A stretch of DNA of 62,438 nt, counting the filler, from Choristocarpus tenellus KU-1152 (lineage: Eukaryota; Protista; Phaeophyceae), in the NCBI GenBank assembly GCA_964200185.2. It is 13 parts of 13 records of this genome, joined end to end, with 100 filler letters (N's around TTAATTAATTAA, not from the genome) between each part and the next. Parts side by side here need not be neighbours in the genome. Positions count along the whole stretch, not along the records: positions 25,836 to 33,293 come from CAXNAD020006120.1; positions 33,394 to 38,982 come from CAXNAD020010326.1; positions 39,083 to 45,124 come from CAXNAD020009091.1; 10 more parts are not named here. One strand, 5' to 3'. The notes below the pieces were generated by a model, which saw only the letters and a list, made by a program, of their open reading frames with translations, was not told where the DNA came from and did not search any database. The translations under genes were made by a program, and so were the position numbers. Every line of letters starts with the position of its first letter. Positions within the stretch are counted from its first letter, which is position 1. Positions 26,613-39,799 of the stretch are shown piece by piece.

Positions 26613-29600
26613 GAGGCTAAACTGAAGCTCAGAAAGGCAATAGACACCCTAATGGGAGGTGATGACTCTCGCGAAGCGGAAAATAATCTTGCAAGATGGG
26701 ACAAGTATGTCACCAACCACCCTGATCACATCGAGGAGGAAGCAGCAAAAGAACGTCAGTGGGATCATGACAACAAGAGCAAGAACATTGCTGCTCTGCA
26801 CACAATGAGGTCTTTCATTCCACCAGATATTTTCCATGCAGGCCTCGAGGTCCTCAAGTCTAATGGCCTCTCGCCTCTGTTGGCAAAGAGAGTTTTCGAG
26901 AGGAAGGTCAGTAAGGCAGTCATTTTGGTCGCAAATGGATTGATTCCATTCTTTTTCAGAAATACTAAAATGATGCTCTAATAACAATAGTTTAGTCTGA
27001 TTTTCTCCAGCGCATCATATCAAAAACTTGCAGGTATGTTGTCATGGTATTGCATCTTGCAGTAAGAGTTCATACTATAGGATCAGGGTCAATTGTGTAG
27101 GCTACAGCAGTATTTATTGTAGTTGATGTGTCCACTGTGTTGCCTCCCCACCTCAATGTTGAGATGCTTGGTTGCATCCATCACACTCAAAATTTCCCTT
27201 GCAAACCAACTTAACCTTTGTATTGTTGTTTGTATAATACTCGGAGCATATGGTTTCTTGGCTACTAGTAAAAAAATAAAATCGCACTCTACTGTTGGTC
27301 ACATATCTATCACTACCTGGGCCACTCATATGGGGCACTTAACTGTGCCTGCTTTGCATGTATTCATCTTGTGTATCACGAAAATGACTCTTGATTTTAC
27401 AAAAGGTTTTGTGGCTTCTCAGAGCTCCTGAAAGCATGGTTTCCAAGATCCACTTGGTGGAACTGAAGAGCAAATATATTGCTAATGATCTGGACCTTAT
27501 GGAACTTAGAGCGGTGTATACTTGCCTTCCAGTGAAGTTTGAAAATGATGCTGATGGCGCAAAGGGACTGTGGCGGGCAGGCTTTCGTAAACGACTCGAG
27601 GAACTTGTCAAGAAAGATATTGCAGGGCAGCTCAAAGGATCTGAGGCTAGGCACCCTGCATATGAGGTGAGAGAGTATTTTCTTGTAGCCACTGTTCAAT
27701 GTTTTGGTGGGACTTGTCTGACTAGAAATTTACTACATGTGGCAGAGCTTGTTATTGGAAAGACTTTGGTTGATGTTGTTAAACGCTTGCCATGTCTTAC
27801 AGATCCATGAGCCCGGCTCTCCACCTGTCTTCAGCTAATAGAAATCATATGAATAGAAACTCTGATTTGGAATTCGTTTTGATAGAAGTAGGTTGACAGG
27901 GTGTACTAGGCAAGACTATTGTGTGCATGGTGACGTTTATTCAGGCCTAGAGCAAGGGAGTAGTCCTTGTAGGTTAGACGCCCATTGGAGGCAGATTGTT
28001 CTGGTGGGGCCTGAGGAAATTTGATATCTCATCTACCTAAACTGCATCAGAGCAATCCTTAAATTGAAATGTGTTTCCGATCTTGCGCTAATTTTATTTG
28101 TGTACATGTGGCCGCCCCATATTTTGGAGAAGATTTGTACCATGCAGTCCTTGAGCCATATATCTATGGACAACCCGTTTGCCTATTGCTTTGTACTCTA
28201 TATGTAGTATTTTAGTTTTGAAATAGCAAAAAATCGGTCAAGAAACAAGTATTTGTCTTGCTCCATTCACCAGGATTGTGAAGAAGGACCATTTGATCCT
28301 GATGCTGCTGTAGAGGCTCAGGAGACAATCCGCAGCAGTGCATTTGATGCAATGGAGAAGCCAGTTGTATCGCCAATGTCCATGGAGAAAATTAGTCTCA
28401 TCAGCGATGGGCTTACACCCAAGTGCAAGAAAGAGAGTCATCGTAAGTCATCGCTCAATGCTCTGGACTGCCAGGCCAACTCTGGGGCCAGGCAAGATAT
28501 GCATTGTATGATGTACCAGCGTTGTTATGGTCACACCACATCATATCTTCGAACAAAATGAGTGAGCACTGAATAAAGAGCTTATTACCTGAATCTTGGA
28601 GATGTAGGTAATACATGCAATATTGGAAGTCTTGGTGGGCAAACACCAAATCAAAGAGAACAAAAACAATGAATTGTGGAGGGTTGTCGAAATAGAGCTT
28701 TGGTAGAGCTTACTGTACTTGTTGTTGAGAGGGATTAACCAAAGCACTTTGACATATTGTTACGTTTTTTCTTTTTAAAAGAGTATACCAAATATAACCT
28801 ACACTGTAGCTGAGAATTTAGGAAGATCGGAATCAGTAACCATACATATTGGCATACTTGATCCAAGGGAGGAGATATTAGGTGTGGCACACCATGCCAG
28901 ATGCAAGGAATACTGGACTCTTACAGGATGATACGGAAACCAACTTCTCCCTAAGTTGTGCACAGAGAAGAAAACACCTTCTGGGTATTCTTTTTTTGTG
29001 TCACAAATTAACCTTAACCCTAACCCTAACCAGTAATTTCAATTTTGCGAGAGGAAGTATTCAGTGAAATTATTATGGGGGAAATATCACTCTTATTTAA
29101 TCAAACAACACACACATGATATACTCAGAACGTTTCTGTAGGAATTTGGGCTGCCATGTGTGCACGCGATCAACATCTTACAAATAAATGTTGATGCAGA
29201 AAAATCTCGATGTTATGTACTGTTTACATATAAATATATATATATTTTACGCCCAGTGACAATTTGTAGATTTTTTTCCTTGGGGATATTAATATTCAGT
29301 TGATCTAACTCGCCAAAAAGACTGACCAACTTCCAAGAAGTTCTCCTTGTGTAGAATTTGATCATTTTAAGTGGACGCCGGATTCTACAATACTGTTGCT
29401 GCCAGCTGTTAGTGAGCCAGGCAGAGTCTTATTGTAGCAGATGCAGTGTCTTGTGTATCTTTATTCAAAGGGGAGTTAATACAGAAAACGTTATCAAGCA
29501 AATAAAATTTACAATGCCAAGAACTGCTACTGTGGTCGCCATGTAATGTGTATGATCCGGCTCAGGGGCCAAAAGGTGTCTTCCACTTGCTGAAGCGATC

Positions 29601-30565
29601 CACACTGTGCAACACTAACCCTTTGTATTATATTGGTAACAGTATCCTATTGATAACATCACAGACAGGCTGCATCTGCAATACTAACCCTAATCCTAAG
29701 TGCAGAGCTACATAGGAAGTACAGTCCTAGATTAAGTGTAATGTACTGAATGAAATTGAATCTAATCATATCAGCGACTGAAATCAACATAACCCTAACC
29801 CTATTCAGGTCTGCACCAACATCACCCTTATCTCGGCCAAGAAGGCTCACAACATTCTCTCCACCATTCCAAGATGGAGCACCACCTGACAGGAAGAGCC
29901 TCATGCTGGAACTGGGACAACAATTGCATGCTCGGAAGTCACTCCAAGAGATACCAGAGGACATCACTGATCAGACTGCCATCGATATTGAGATGCAAAC
30001 AGATAGCAGGGGGTTCAGGTTGGGCAAACACCCTGACAAGGCATTAAATGGCCTTCAGCAAAGTGAACCTCCTCAGTATTCATCACCTTCATCACCTTCA
30101 TCACCTCATGGTGAAGTTGCACTGGGGAATGACCAGTTGGGTTCACATGCACCACTTGGTGGGACTTTGGGTACTCAGGCTGACCCAGAACATAGCGAAC
30201 GATCCGATCTGGGCCAGGTACCAACAAATGTATATCCTCAAATATTAGGTAAGACTGAGCAGCATGAGGCACATGCAACTACTAGTAATGGAGCCCTAGG
30301 CATGCAAGACGATTCCAAGAGCGAGAGCACAGGGCCTGACCCGCAACAGCATTTGCTACTTGACAGTTCCCACACTTCTGATAAATCTCAACATTGGAAA
30401 AAGAGTAATCCAGATGGACCACAAGACAAGCACAACTCACATGAAAAAAATAATAATCTGGTGACAAGGTTGGAGAAGCAATCTCAATCCACATGCATGA
30501 GGGACATTTTCAAGGAACTTGCAGCAAAGGCTCTTGCCAAGGCCAAAGTGGCCAAAAATGATTAA
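26613..30565 (+). CDS. Hypothetical protein, 3' part (exons 26613-26906, 27406-27666, 28274-~28491, 29809-30565)
   Basis: The first three exons join in phase 0 at canonical sites (..LAKRVFERK|VLWLLRAP..RHPAYE|DCEEGPFDPD). An ordered helical region is followed by a long disordered S/P/Q-rich last exon. The exon 3 to exon 4 junction is uncertain. Confidence 0.8.
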
Positions 30566-31616
30566 ATTAATGAGTATGCTTCACCAGATTTTGTACATTT
30601 CAGATCCGTGAATCACCATCAGGTATATAGGTATATATGGGATACAGATACAGATACTGGTAGCAAGGTGAATCAATGAGCTCAGAGGGGTATTGGTAGG
30701 GTTGGTATAGATCAAGACGATCACTAACAGCTACAATGGGTAAGGACTGCATGGATTATAGCACAGTAATAGACCTCACATAGTATCATTAAATGTCATT
30801 AAAAGCAGGAAATCCCTAGCACAATAATGAACCTCTGGAAGAAACATCCACAAAAGGAAGAACAAAAGGGTGTCCATGTCACAAGGATTCAAGATATAGA
30901 GGATTTACCCCAAGTCATGTGAACGAGTCCTTGATATACTCCACAATGGACAACTGTGTGTCTGGTAAGATACATCTACCTCAGAATGGACGGAGGAACC
31001 CAGAGTTCATCTGTACAACTGGTACCAAACACGCCTGCTAGGCCTTGTCACCTTTTATGGTTGCTGACCCCTCACACACAATGCCAACAAGTTGAAAAAT
31101 ACATAGCAAACGAATATCATAGGTCATCTCTAACCCACATACTCATGATTCAATTGTCAATTGTGACCATCAACAGTCGGACCACTGAGATATGCAACAC
31201 CACATCTTCATGTACCTAGAATGTGCTAACCCTAACCCTACTGCTAAAGCAAAGAAAGATAAAAAATATGCAGGCAACGGAAACTGAAACCTAATGATCT
31301 TGCATCCATGAAACATCTTACTGGTAGCCATGAAGGCCCATCTGTCCCATCATAACTAACACTATTTGATAATGCAATACAAAAATATACTTGGACTCAT
31401 AGGGTTAGGGTTAGGGTGCGGTAAAGATAATATTACATACACATTTACTACATACCATGTGAAATTAAAACGAAATACGCAAGAGAGTGCAGAGGATAGA
31501 CCTTGAGTTCAGATCCCATCAACACACAAATAAACAGACCTTGCCCCAATACAAAACTGGAAAGTTTAACTCTCACAAGGAACTGCTCTGGGATTGTTCA
31601 GGCCATGACATCTAGC

Positions 31617-33293
31617 CTAGCCCTGTTTGGATGGGGGCACAAGGCTCCCAGGTAGAGAATCGGGCAGGGGGTGCCCTTCCCTGAGTTGACAACAGAGAAA
31701 CATGGCAACAGCAAACTCATCCTGATCCAGCATACCATCATGATCAATGTCTGACAGGACCCTGAAGTGGGTAAGGATAATGATGTGGAGATACAAACAA
31801 AGCATGAGGTTAGTGTCACTGTGAGCTGACATAATCTTCTTAATGTGTATAGTTCATACCAAGGCTGTGTTTATCTCCACCACTCCCCTTGAAATCTACC
31901 AAGATTGCCAACTACAAAATCTCTGGTGGTATCAAACTTAGCCATAACCCCCTTACGACAAAGTACATGCTGCTTTAGTTTATTATACTCAACTAACAGA
32001 GCAGAGATCTCACCAATACACGAAAGTCTGGCCTCTATGAAGAAATGGTGCAGGATCATACCTTACCAACATAAAATTATGGACAAAATAAAACCAGGGA
32101 GTCACAGACAGGGCCATAGGGTCGACTTTCTTCCAGATGCATAGCATCAAACACTCTTATGCCCTACCTAGTACAATCCATCCAGAACATACAGAGACAA
32201 GTTCAATACCATTTCATGAAACCTACTTATGAACACAAATGCAACACTTCGAGAGCAGTGAATTGTAACTTGAGCAACAAAGGGTTGCCCATACACAAGC
32301 TTGACAAATTAGACTCACCATATGTCATCCAGAGTGTCAATATCCACGGCTTTGCCCCCCGCAGACATAAGCGCTTCAGAAATTTTTTCCTCGTCTGACC
32401 TGGAGGAAGAGATATTGCGGTAGGGTCAAGGGGGGTGTTAGATTGATAATCAACAGGTTTAGGGTTTATGGCGACTAACAAAACTCAAAGAGCAGGGGTA
32501 GCAACTATTTGACAATGTTACATTAAAGTGGACATGCAGGATGGTTGCTTCGTGAGTTCATGTAGTGCTTCCCTGCAAAGGAGTTTGCACATTATGACAC
32601 AAGTCTCCCCTGCTGTCTCGCTGAGCTATGGTGGCGAAACCCAACAATTTGCAAAAACTGACCCGCAGCTCTCGAATGTTTCGTAGAAGTCTGCCTTGAA
32701 AGGCTCCACATCCCAAGCATTGTCCTCGCTTCCATGCCTAGGGGCTTCTACGTCCACCACCACCGGCACCACAACTGGCACTGCTATAGCCGACGGGAGT
32801 GTCCCGGTCTTGTCGGCTTGATGGGTATCCGAGTCATGGCCATGAGCACCTGCGTTTGGGGAAAGGATCACGGACAAAAGAGTCTAACGAGAATTAGAAC
32901 GCCGAGCGCGAGCCTTTGCGGACATGCCCCCATCCGTGTTTCCATCCTACAACCACATTACAGTGACTCCACTTCTTAACTGGGGAACAAAGCATTTTAA
33001 AGGCACCAAATACATCTCTCACCAAATAGGTCCATGAAACGTAACAATGATTGGCAAGGCATATACGCCGACGGTCGAAAACATGGGACTCATATTATGC
33101 ATATACCGTGATATAGGCCTGATAAACGGGGTGACATTCTTGCATTGAACTCTAGGGAGCAAGGACTAGCTTACCCTTGCGACCTCTACCCTGGCCGAGG
33201 CCACCGCGACCCCCAGGACCCCCACGACCCCCACGACCGCCTCGACCCCTCTGACCCGCAAGACTAGACGCTCGTCCACGCCCCCGTCCACCC
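31617..33293 (-). CDS. RGG-rich plus C-terminal EH (Eps15 homology) domain protein, 3' part (exons 33293-33175, 32849-32663, 32399-32319, 31761-31617)
   Basis: Splicing is phase-consistent. The EH signature W....KADFYETF...[27 protein letters not shown]...[17 protein letters not shown] includes an EF-hand. Confidence 0.88.
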
Positions 33294-33719
33294 NNNNNNN
33301 NNNNNNNNNNNNNNNNNNNNNNNNNNNNNNNNNNNNNTTAATTAATTAANNNNNNNNNNNNNNNNNNNNNNNNNNNNNNNNNNNNNNNNNNNNCTTTCAT
33401 TTCCACTGAATTTCTATAGTATTATGATAAAGTAAAATATCAACGATAGTGTATCAGTATGTCACTTTTTGTGACAATTGTTACTGTTTTAGGGATTTTT
33501 CAGACATGTGAATAGTTTTCATTAGTTTTTCCCTGGCACATCTGGAAAATGTCAGAGTGCATAATAATATAATAGTGTATCAACAATGAAAATATTGGTA
33601 AGGTCATGATGATGAAATGATAAGAACTATTGTAATTGAAATAAGAATATATTAATTTATTACAATCAAAAATAATTATGAAAATGTCAATATATAATAA
33701 TGATGGTACTTATACTGTC

Positions 33720-35385
33720 AGAATTTAGGAGGTGGCAGGTGAGAGGATCCCATATCAACTCAATGTGATGTTAAGGACATTCTTGCATATGCTGTTTTTG
33801 GTGTCATACTCACTGCCCCTCAATCTTGCCAATATTCCAGAGATATTTTGAGCTGCAAAAGTCTTAAAACATATGTACCCACCTCTAGCATCTGTTCATC
33901 AGCCTGGTCTAACTCCAGTTGCTCGGCCTGGGCAATTATATCACAGTAGGAGGATTAGGTTAGATCTTCGGTCTGTATTTCGTCTTTAGGAGAGTACTTG
34001 AAATGAAAGCTGTACACAGCAACAGAAGAACCAGGTGGATAACATCAGCAACTAGTCATAGCTTCATCACATGATCTGCTGAATGACCTGCACAACCAGG
34101 ATTGTTGCTGTTGTCTGTTGATGAACATGACAGAAAGGTAGCTCCGACTGGGTGGAATACAAAACAAGATTTTGTAGTATCCCCCCTCAATGCCTCCAGA
34201 ATTTCAGATATTAACCAGTGCAATATTTGCTGATGCAGCAGGGCTCATTTCTTAAGCTAAAGAACTCAGCATGGTTGTTTTCTCCTTGATTACTTGATGC
34301 ATTGGAAGCTGAGAGAGCTATGGTTTGAAGTTGTACAATTCAGACAAGAATCAGGACTGTTATGGGAAATGATGAAAGAACAATCAGTATCGATTTGCTT
34401 CTTCTTTGGTCTAGTTTCTGTGGCGCGCAGATCACTCTGTCATCCCTGTCCAGTCACGGTGTCAAAGTACATCAACCAAAGGCAGACTGCTTACATATCA
34501 TTGGATATTGACTTAGAAATATAACCAAAACAGCAGCTACTAGCACAGAATTAAATCAATTGAGAGATAGGCAGCTCTGGGCCCAAAAGCATTCTAAGTT
34601 GTCTCTCTTTCCCGTGCAACACACTCTAAACAGTTCCATTGCTTTATGTGCACAATAATAGCTTATGCAAAAATGATATCCCCCCTTTCCACACACAAAA
34701 TGACACCACAATTGAGCAAATGCTTCTTCTTCAATTGTACTAAATATGTCTTTCAGCCCTTTCTCGGGATCCTTAAAATGCAACGCTGCCTACCTCTCAG
34801 TTGGTTTGACTGACACTCCAAAATACATGAAGGGACACTCACTTTCAGCTTGGTTTGGAATAACTCCATTGAGAGCTCAGAATTTTTTTCTGCCTGGACT
34901 CTGCAACAGCCAGAGAAGTTGCAGAACCCCTCACGCATTCTTTGCGTAAAGGAAAGCAGCCAAATCCTGATGCTTCGCCTTTGTACATTGTGAACTGGGG
35001 GATCCTGCAGCGCAATGATTGCAGAGTTCACAGAAAAGATATGAAGTCAGAAAATGAACCCACTAATCTTTTCTTTCATGAAGCAGCAGCTGCTGTCCCA
35101 GTCATCTGAGAAGGCAAATCCTGATAAAATCATACAACACACCGGGGTCAGATGATGACACCTGGATGTAAAGAGGTAATTCAGTGGCCCTCGTTCATCT
35201 CAAAAAATACACGATTCGCCCTTTCTTATAAATCTATCCTTGAGGTACTTCAGAAGAAAAATCCAAGGGTGTGAGGCGGATATCTGGAGTAACAACAAGC
35301 AGCCTACCTGAGCAATGGTACAAGGGAAAGATGCTAATGGGACCACGAGCGCTGCCACCAGCAGAAGCAGGCGACTGGGACGCAT
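33720..35385 (-). pseudogene. Probable pseudogene of a secreted protein
   Basis: A signal-peptide exon MRPSRLLLLVAALVVPLASFPCTIAQ|GT and an acceptor near 35161 lead into a long frame broken by many stops and frameshifts. Family not recognised. Confidence 0.35.
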
Positions 35386-36699
35386 GCCGATATGAAGTGA
35401 CTGGAGCACCAGCCTGTGAACGAGGATCATGGAGAGATCAACAAGGAGTGGTGATCAGAGTTTCGAGGGGGTCAAAGACGGAAGGGTGTGAGAAGTTAGA
35501 GTGGGCGAGTAGAGTTGAGGATAGGAGAAATGAACGCGAAGAAAGGCAGCGAAAAGGGTTGGGATACAAAGGTAGAGAGGATTTATGGGAAGGTATTACT
35601 CCATAGTTCGGATATGTGCTCGTCATGATGAAAATACAGTGGATCTACATGCAGTTGGGTGTATCATAAGCCAATGAGTCAAACAAAAGAAGTACTTACA
35701 CTAGATCGGAAAGAAAATAGGACAATAGAGAGCCTGGACGAGAGTGATGAACGAGAGGGCGAGGAGCGAGGGGGAAAGGCTTAACGTAGCATCATGTTTG
35801 AATTATTCATACCTCGGACCGTTAATCCCCTGGGTCTACACCTTGAAATCGACTCGAGATAGTCCCAGTCGGGTTGATGGATCAAATATCCTGGGCACAT
35901 CCATCCATCCCACGCGACTTCCTAAGCTAACAATTTCTATGTACTTTCAAGCTCCTGCCCCTATGCGAGCATAGATGATATCCTAGTCGAATGCACCCCT
36001 CAAGCAAGCACACCAGGGGAAATTCTAGCCCAAGCTGAGAACGCATCACCAAACAGATTCGCCTCACACCTTACTCAGTCCTGGACTTCCAGTGAAGCTT
36101 CGTCCATTTGTTGGTGCCGTAATAGACCTCTGGTCACTAAATACTAAAAATGAAGGCAAAATGCTGTCACAGGGTAATGAAGATTACAGCCTTAAGTCAT
36201 GGCGAAAGCATGTGCTACACCAAGAACTAACATGCTCCAAGCAACTCCAAACTTTGATAAAATCACAAATAGACAGATGATAGTTCTACAGAATTGTGAA
36301 ACGGTTCAAAAAAAAATTGTAAATTTGTATTATTACTGTAACACAACCTACTTCAACTCTGCTTTTATGTATCATACACTAATCGAAGAATTAAATTATC
36401 GACCTACAATATCATGTGTGGGTACTCTAGTATGTCGTATGTCCATAACTTCGACCTTCAATGTGTCCAACACGGAATTCTGAACTAAATTAATTGAAGC
36501 CATCATAGACGACCAAAGAACTACTACACAAGAAAAAACAACCCACATTCTGTATGAACTGACTACCCAACAACGTTCAAAAAAAAAAAACAATAAAAAA
36601 TTGTGGGACTACATCGTGGAACGGTATCGTAGATGTGGGAAGGGGGATATCTGACGAAAGTAACAGATATCCATACGCCTTCGCATCTATCTACACGGT

Positions 36700-37100
36700 T
36701 CCCTTCCTGTGCCTCTAACCTAGCTTAGTCCTGTACTCCAGAGAGAGTGAGGAGCTAGGGAGGCATCCCACGAATGTAACAAGCCTCTCCTTGCCCATCT
36801 CCTTGGTTCTCCAGCTTAAAGCGCATGACCCGTCTGGATAGGGCTACCTGTGTTGTGACCAAAACTATCTGTGGTAGACTGGATACGACAGCCCCCTTCC
36901 TGCTATGATCTCCTGTCCCTCTCTCCCCTACCTTGGGCGTAACTAACTCATCGAGAAAAGTTTCCACTTACTTGCCAAGGCGCCCAAAACTTTCCACCAT
37001 GAAGGTATTGATACTACTATATTGCTCTTGCTCTTTTGAGTACCTGTTGCAGAAGCATGACATATCGCTTGGTTTTAATCTACACTGAGCCTGCCCTGCA
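36700..37100 (-). mobile_element. 3' fragment of an RLE-clade (CRE/R2-like) non-LTR retrotransposon
   Basis: The minus strand encodes TFMVESFGRLGK*VETFLDELVT...RKGAV...QIVLVTTQVALSRR, typical of the restriction-like endonuclease C-terminus. Confidence 0.75.
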
Positions 37101-38132
37101 TGAGGTTTGTATGTACTTTTGAATGGAGAAGAGGATGGCATGGATGGAAGGGGTGTCAAAGGTTTAAAAGGCAGGAAAAAGGTTGGTTGCTTCCACTTGG
37201 ACGTTTGGTTACTGTAGCAAGAAACAGTCAATGAATTCGAGCTCTCCACACCACAAGCAATTGATGATGAAGAATGTTCCTTCTCTTTGGGGGAATGATA
37301 GTAACAGAAACGGTTGGAGGTGAGGAAAGGTGCTCCCCCACTTGCTTCATCTTTCAACTACCATATTATCAGGTGTTCTACTTCCTCTGTTCGGTATCAG
37401 TTCAAACGGCCTATGGGTCAGGCTATAGATGCACAAAATGCTATCAGCTTCTCATATTTTTGGGGGGTCTTTCAAAAACCCATCATGTGGTTGCCGTGAA
37501 ATCTCAGCGAAATCCGACTTGTTCTACCTGTAAAGGGGTAAATGATTTATTTAGGAAAAAAAAATTACAATAGCGGGCCATTTGTTTCCCACACCAAAAT
37601 CCACAAATCTATTCTTCGTGAAAAATGTTGAGCGGGCCATTTCTCCACATTGTGCGAAAGGGTTTCACTTACCTGTGTTGGGGTAGTGTATGAAGGATAA
37701 ATTCGTGAAGTGTTCTGTCTGGAGAGGGATTTGAATTTAGGTGGAAACGCCGTTCCATTTAATATTTTCCAGAGTGAAAAAGCGCGTCCAATTTATTTTA
37801 ATATTTATCTAGAACCTAAACGGTCTTGAAACAGTTTTGAAATATATTCGCTGCATCCAACTCTCCAAAAACTTTGTCATCTGTAAAACATATGCAAACG
37901 GCGAGACAGGTTCTTCAGATTGAAATGGAACGGGAAGACCCACAAGAGGAGGGGAATGGAGAGAGATAAAACAGGAGGGCGAGCAATCCCTCAGAAGGTC
38001 ACTCAGGGAATAGTGAGCAGGAAGAAGTGAATGAGGGGGGGCTGTAAGGTCCCTTAAACCATCCGATATTTACCTCAACACGTAAATGCAAATTTCATAT
38101 GAAGCAACAGACCTTCAAGTACCCTGCATGCT

Positions 38133-38760
38133 CTACACTGAAGCCACTCCCCCCTTTGTATCTAAGTACTGGTTGTACACAACAAAAAGGAGCTGCCAAG
38201 CCCTCTCAAGTGTGATTTCATCATACCCCCCACACTGTTTCTTGATGACCTTCACCATCTCCTCGACGGACCCAAACAGCTCTCCCATCGTCCAGCATTT
38301 CAAAGACCTAAAGAAGCACAGGTCCATGATATTGAGGTCGGGGGAGTTAGATGGCTGCGTCACAAGCCTAATCGACCATACCTCAGTCTTCCCCTGCCCC
38401 TCACAAGATTTCTGAGATGGCCTTGCCCGTGTGGAGGGTGGCACTGTCTTCCTGAATGACAATGTGCTTCCCTTGCAACCAAGGCATCTTGGTCTTGATT
38501 GTAGGCAGTAACTCCTCCCTGTATCACTTCCTGTACAACAAATGGTCTAAAGCACAGTCCTGCTCATACACACACCCCTTTTTATGGTTCTTGCTTGTCC
38601 TGTCTGCCGTTTTTGGTGCACACACACACCAAACATCCTTTCCATCAAAGCTGTGAGCTGAGTCTGGGCAGGCATTGGATGCAATGATCATGGTTTTGGG
38701 GATATCATGTTCGTAGATAGTGCTGCTGATACACATAAGCACCACCGGTGGAATAGATAA
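38133..38760 (-). pseudogene. Tc1/mariner (plant-type mariner-like) transposase remnant
   Basis: Fragments IPKTMIIASNACPD..FDGK, RTSKNHKKG, IVIQEDSATLH (cf. IQQDNARPH) and QPSNSPDLNIMDLCFFRSL, with frameshifts. Confidence 0.88.
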
Positions 38761-38858
38761 TAGGATGGAGAGCCAGTGACAGATATAGTGTGTACTGACA
38801 CATAGTGTTGATTGGTTTTTATATCATGTCCAAGATACACTTTCTGTACATAAGACAA

Positions 38859-38982
38859 GGGGCTCAAAGTATCTGGGGGGGGGTGTCGGCATCCGTTTTT
38901 CACCTTTTTTCGATTTTCACTTTTTTGGTGTGATTTGGTCGCACTTGTCGGATTTGAAATGTAAAAAAAAAAAAGAGTTGTT
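38859..38982 (+). mobile_element. Terminus of element family C (GGGCTCAAAGTATCTGGGG...); reverse-complement counterpart at 56088-56170
   Basis: The terminus and the following TTTCACC.TTTTTCG.TTTTCACTTT.TTGGTGTGATTTGGTCG are shared. Both copies end at contig breaks. Confidence 0.75.
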
Positions 38983-39799
38983 NNNNNNNNNNNNNNNNNN
39001 NNNNNNNNNNNNNNNNNNNNNNNNNNTTAATTAATTAANNNNNNNNNNNNNNNNNNNNNNNNNNNNNNNNNNNNNNNNNNNNGATGGACCCCTAAGTGCG
39101 CTCCCCTTTGTTCCCTCTTTTCCTCTCCCCCCCCCCCCCCATATGATGACCAACCAGTGCGACCCCTTCGCCCCTGATTTCCAGTCACTCCCCTCACCCT
39201 TCAACCCCACACAAGTTACCACTCCGCTCAACCCCACAGCAGTTACCACTCCACTCACCTCACACTACTCAACACCACTCCACAATCATCCAAGAACACC
39301 CCTTCACGATCCACTTCATACCGTGCCTTGGAGCTAGAAGATATCTACCCCGCTCGAACTTGACCTCCCCTCCCCTTTTCCAGGTGTTCCCGTCAGTGGT
39401 GAGCAAGTGAAAGGGTGAGTGGTCGGGAGAGTTTGCTCAGAGGTTGTCTTGTTCTCACCCTCCTCGTCCTGTATCGCTGGTTCTCGGCCCTTTTTATCAG
39501 ATACAGATAATTTCTTCCCCATCCCTGTTCCTACCACTAGGTTCTTTTGACCTTTCTGCCCCCTCTCTTAGCCAGTCATTCTTTAACTATTCGTTCCCTT
39601 CTTGCTTCCTTCTTTTTCTTTCCTCTACCCTCCCTTGTCCTGTGCCCCCAGCTAACCAGAATTCTCTGCCCACAAAACTTAGATTACTTTATAAACTTTC
39701 ACTTATCTGAAGACCTCCAAGAATTCGCCCAAGATAAACCTACAAAAGTCGGGGGGGGTTCTTGAATTTAACTGGAACCATAATCACCAAGGAACAAGA

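Noticed and set aside
36651-36665. Hammerhead ribozyme core (CTGACGA..GAAA)
   Set aside because: The two motifs overlap with no stem II between them, and the sequence is part of a simple hairpin.
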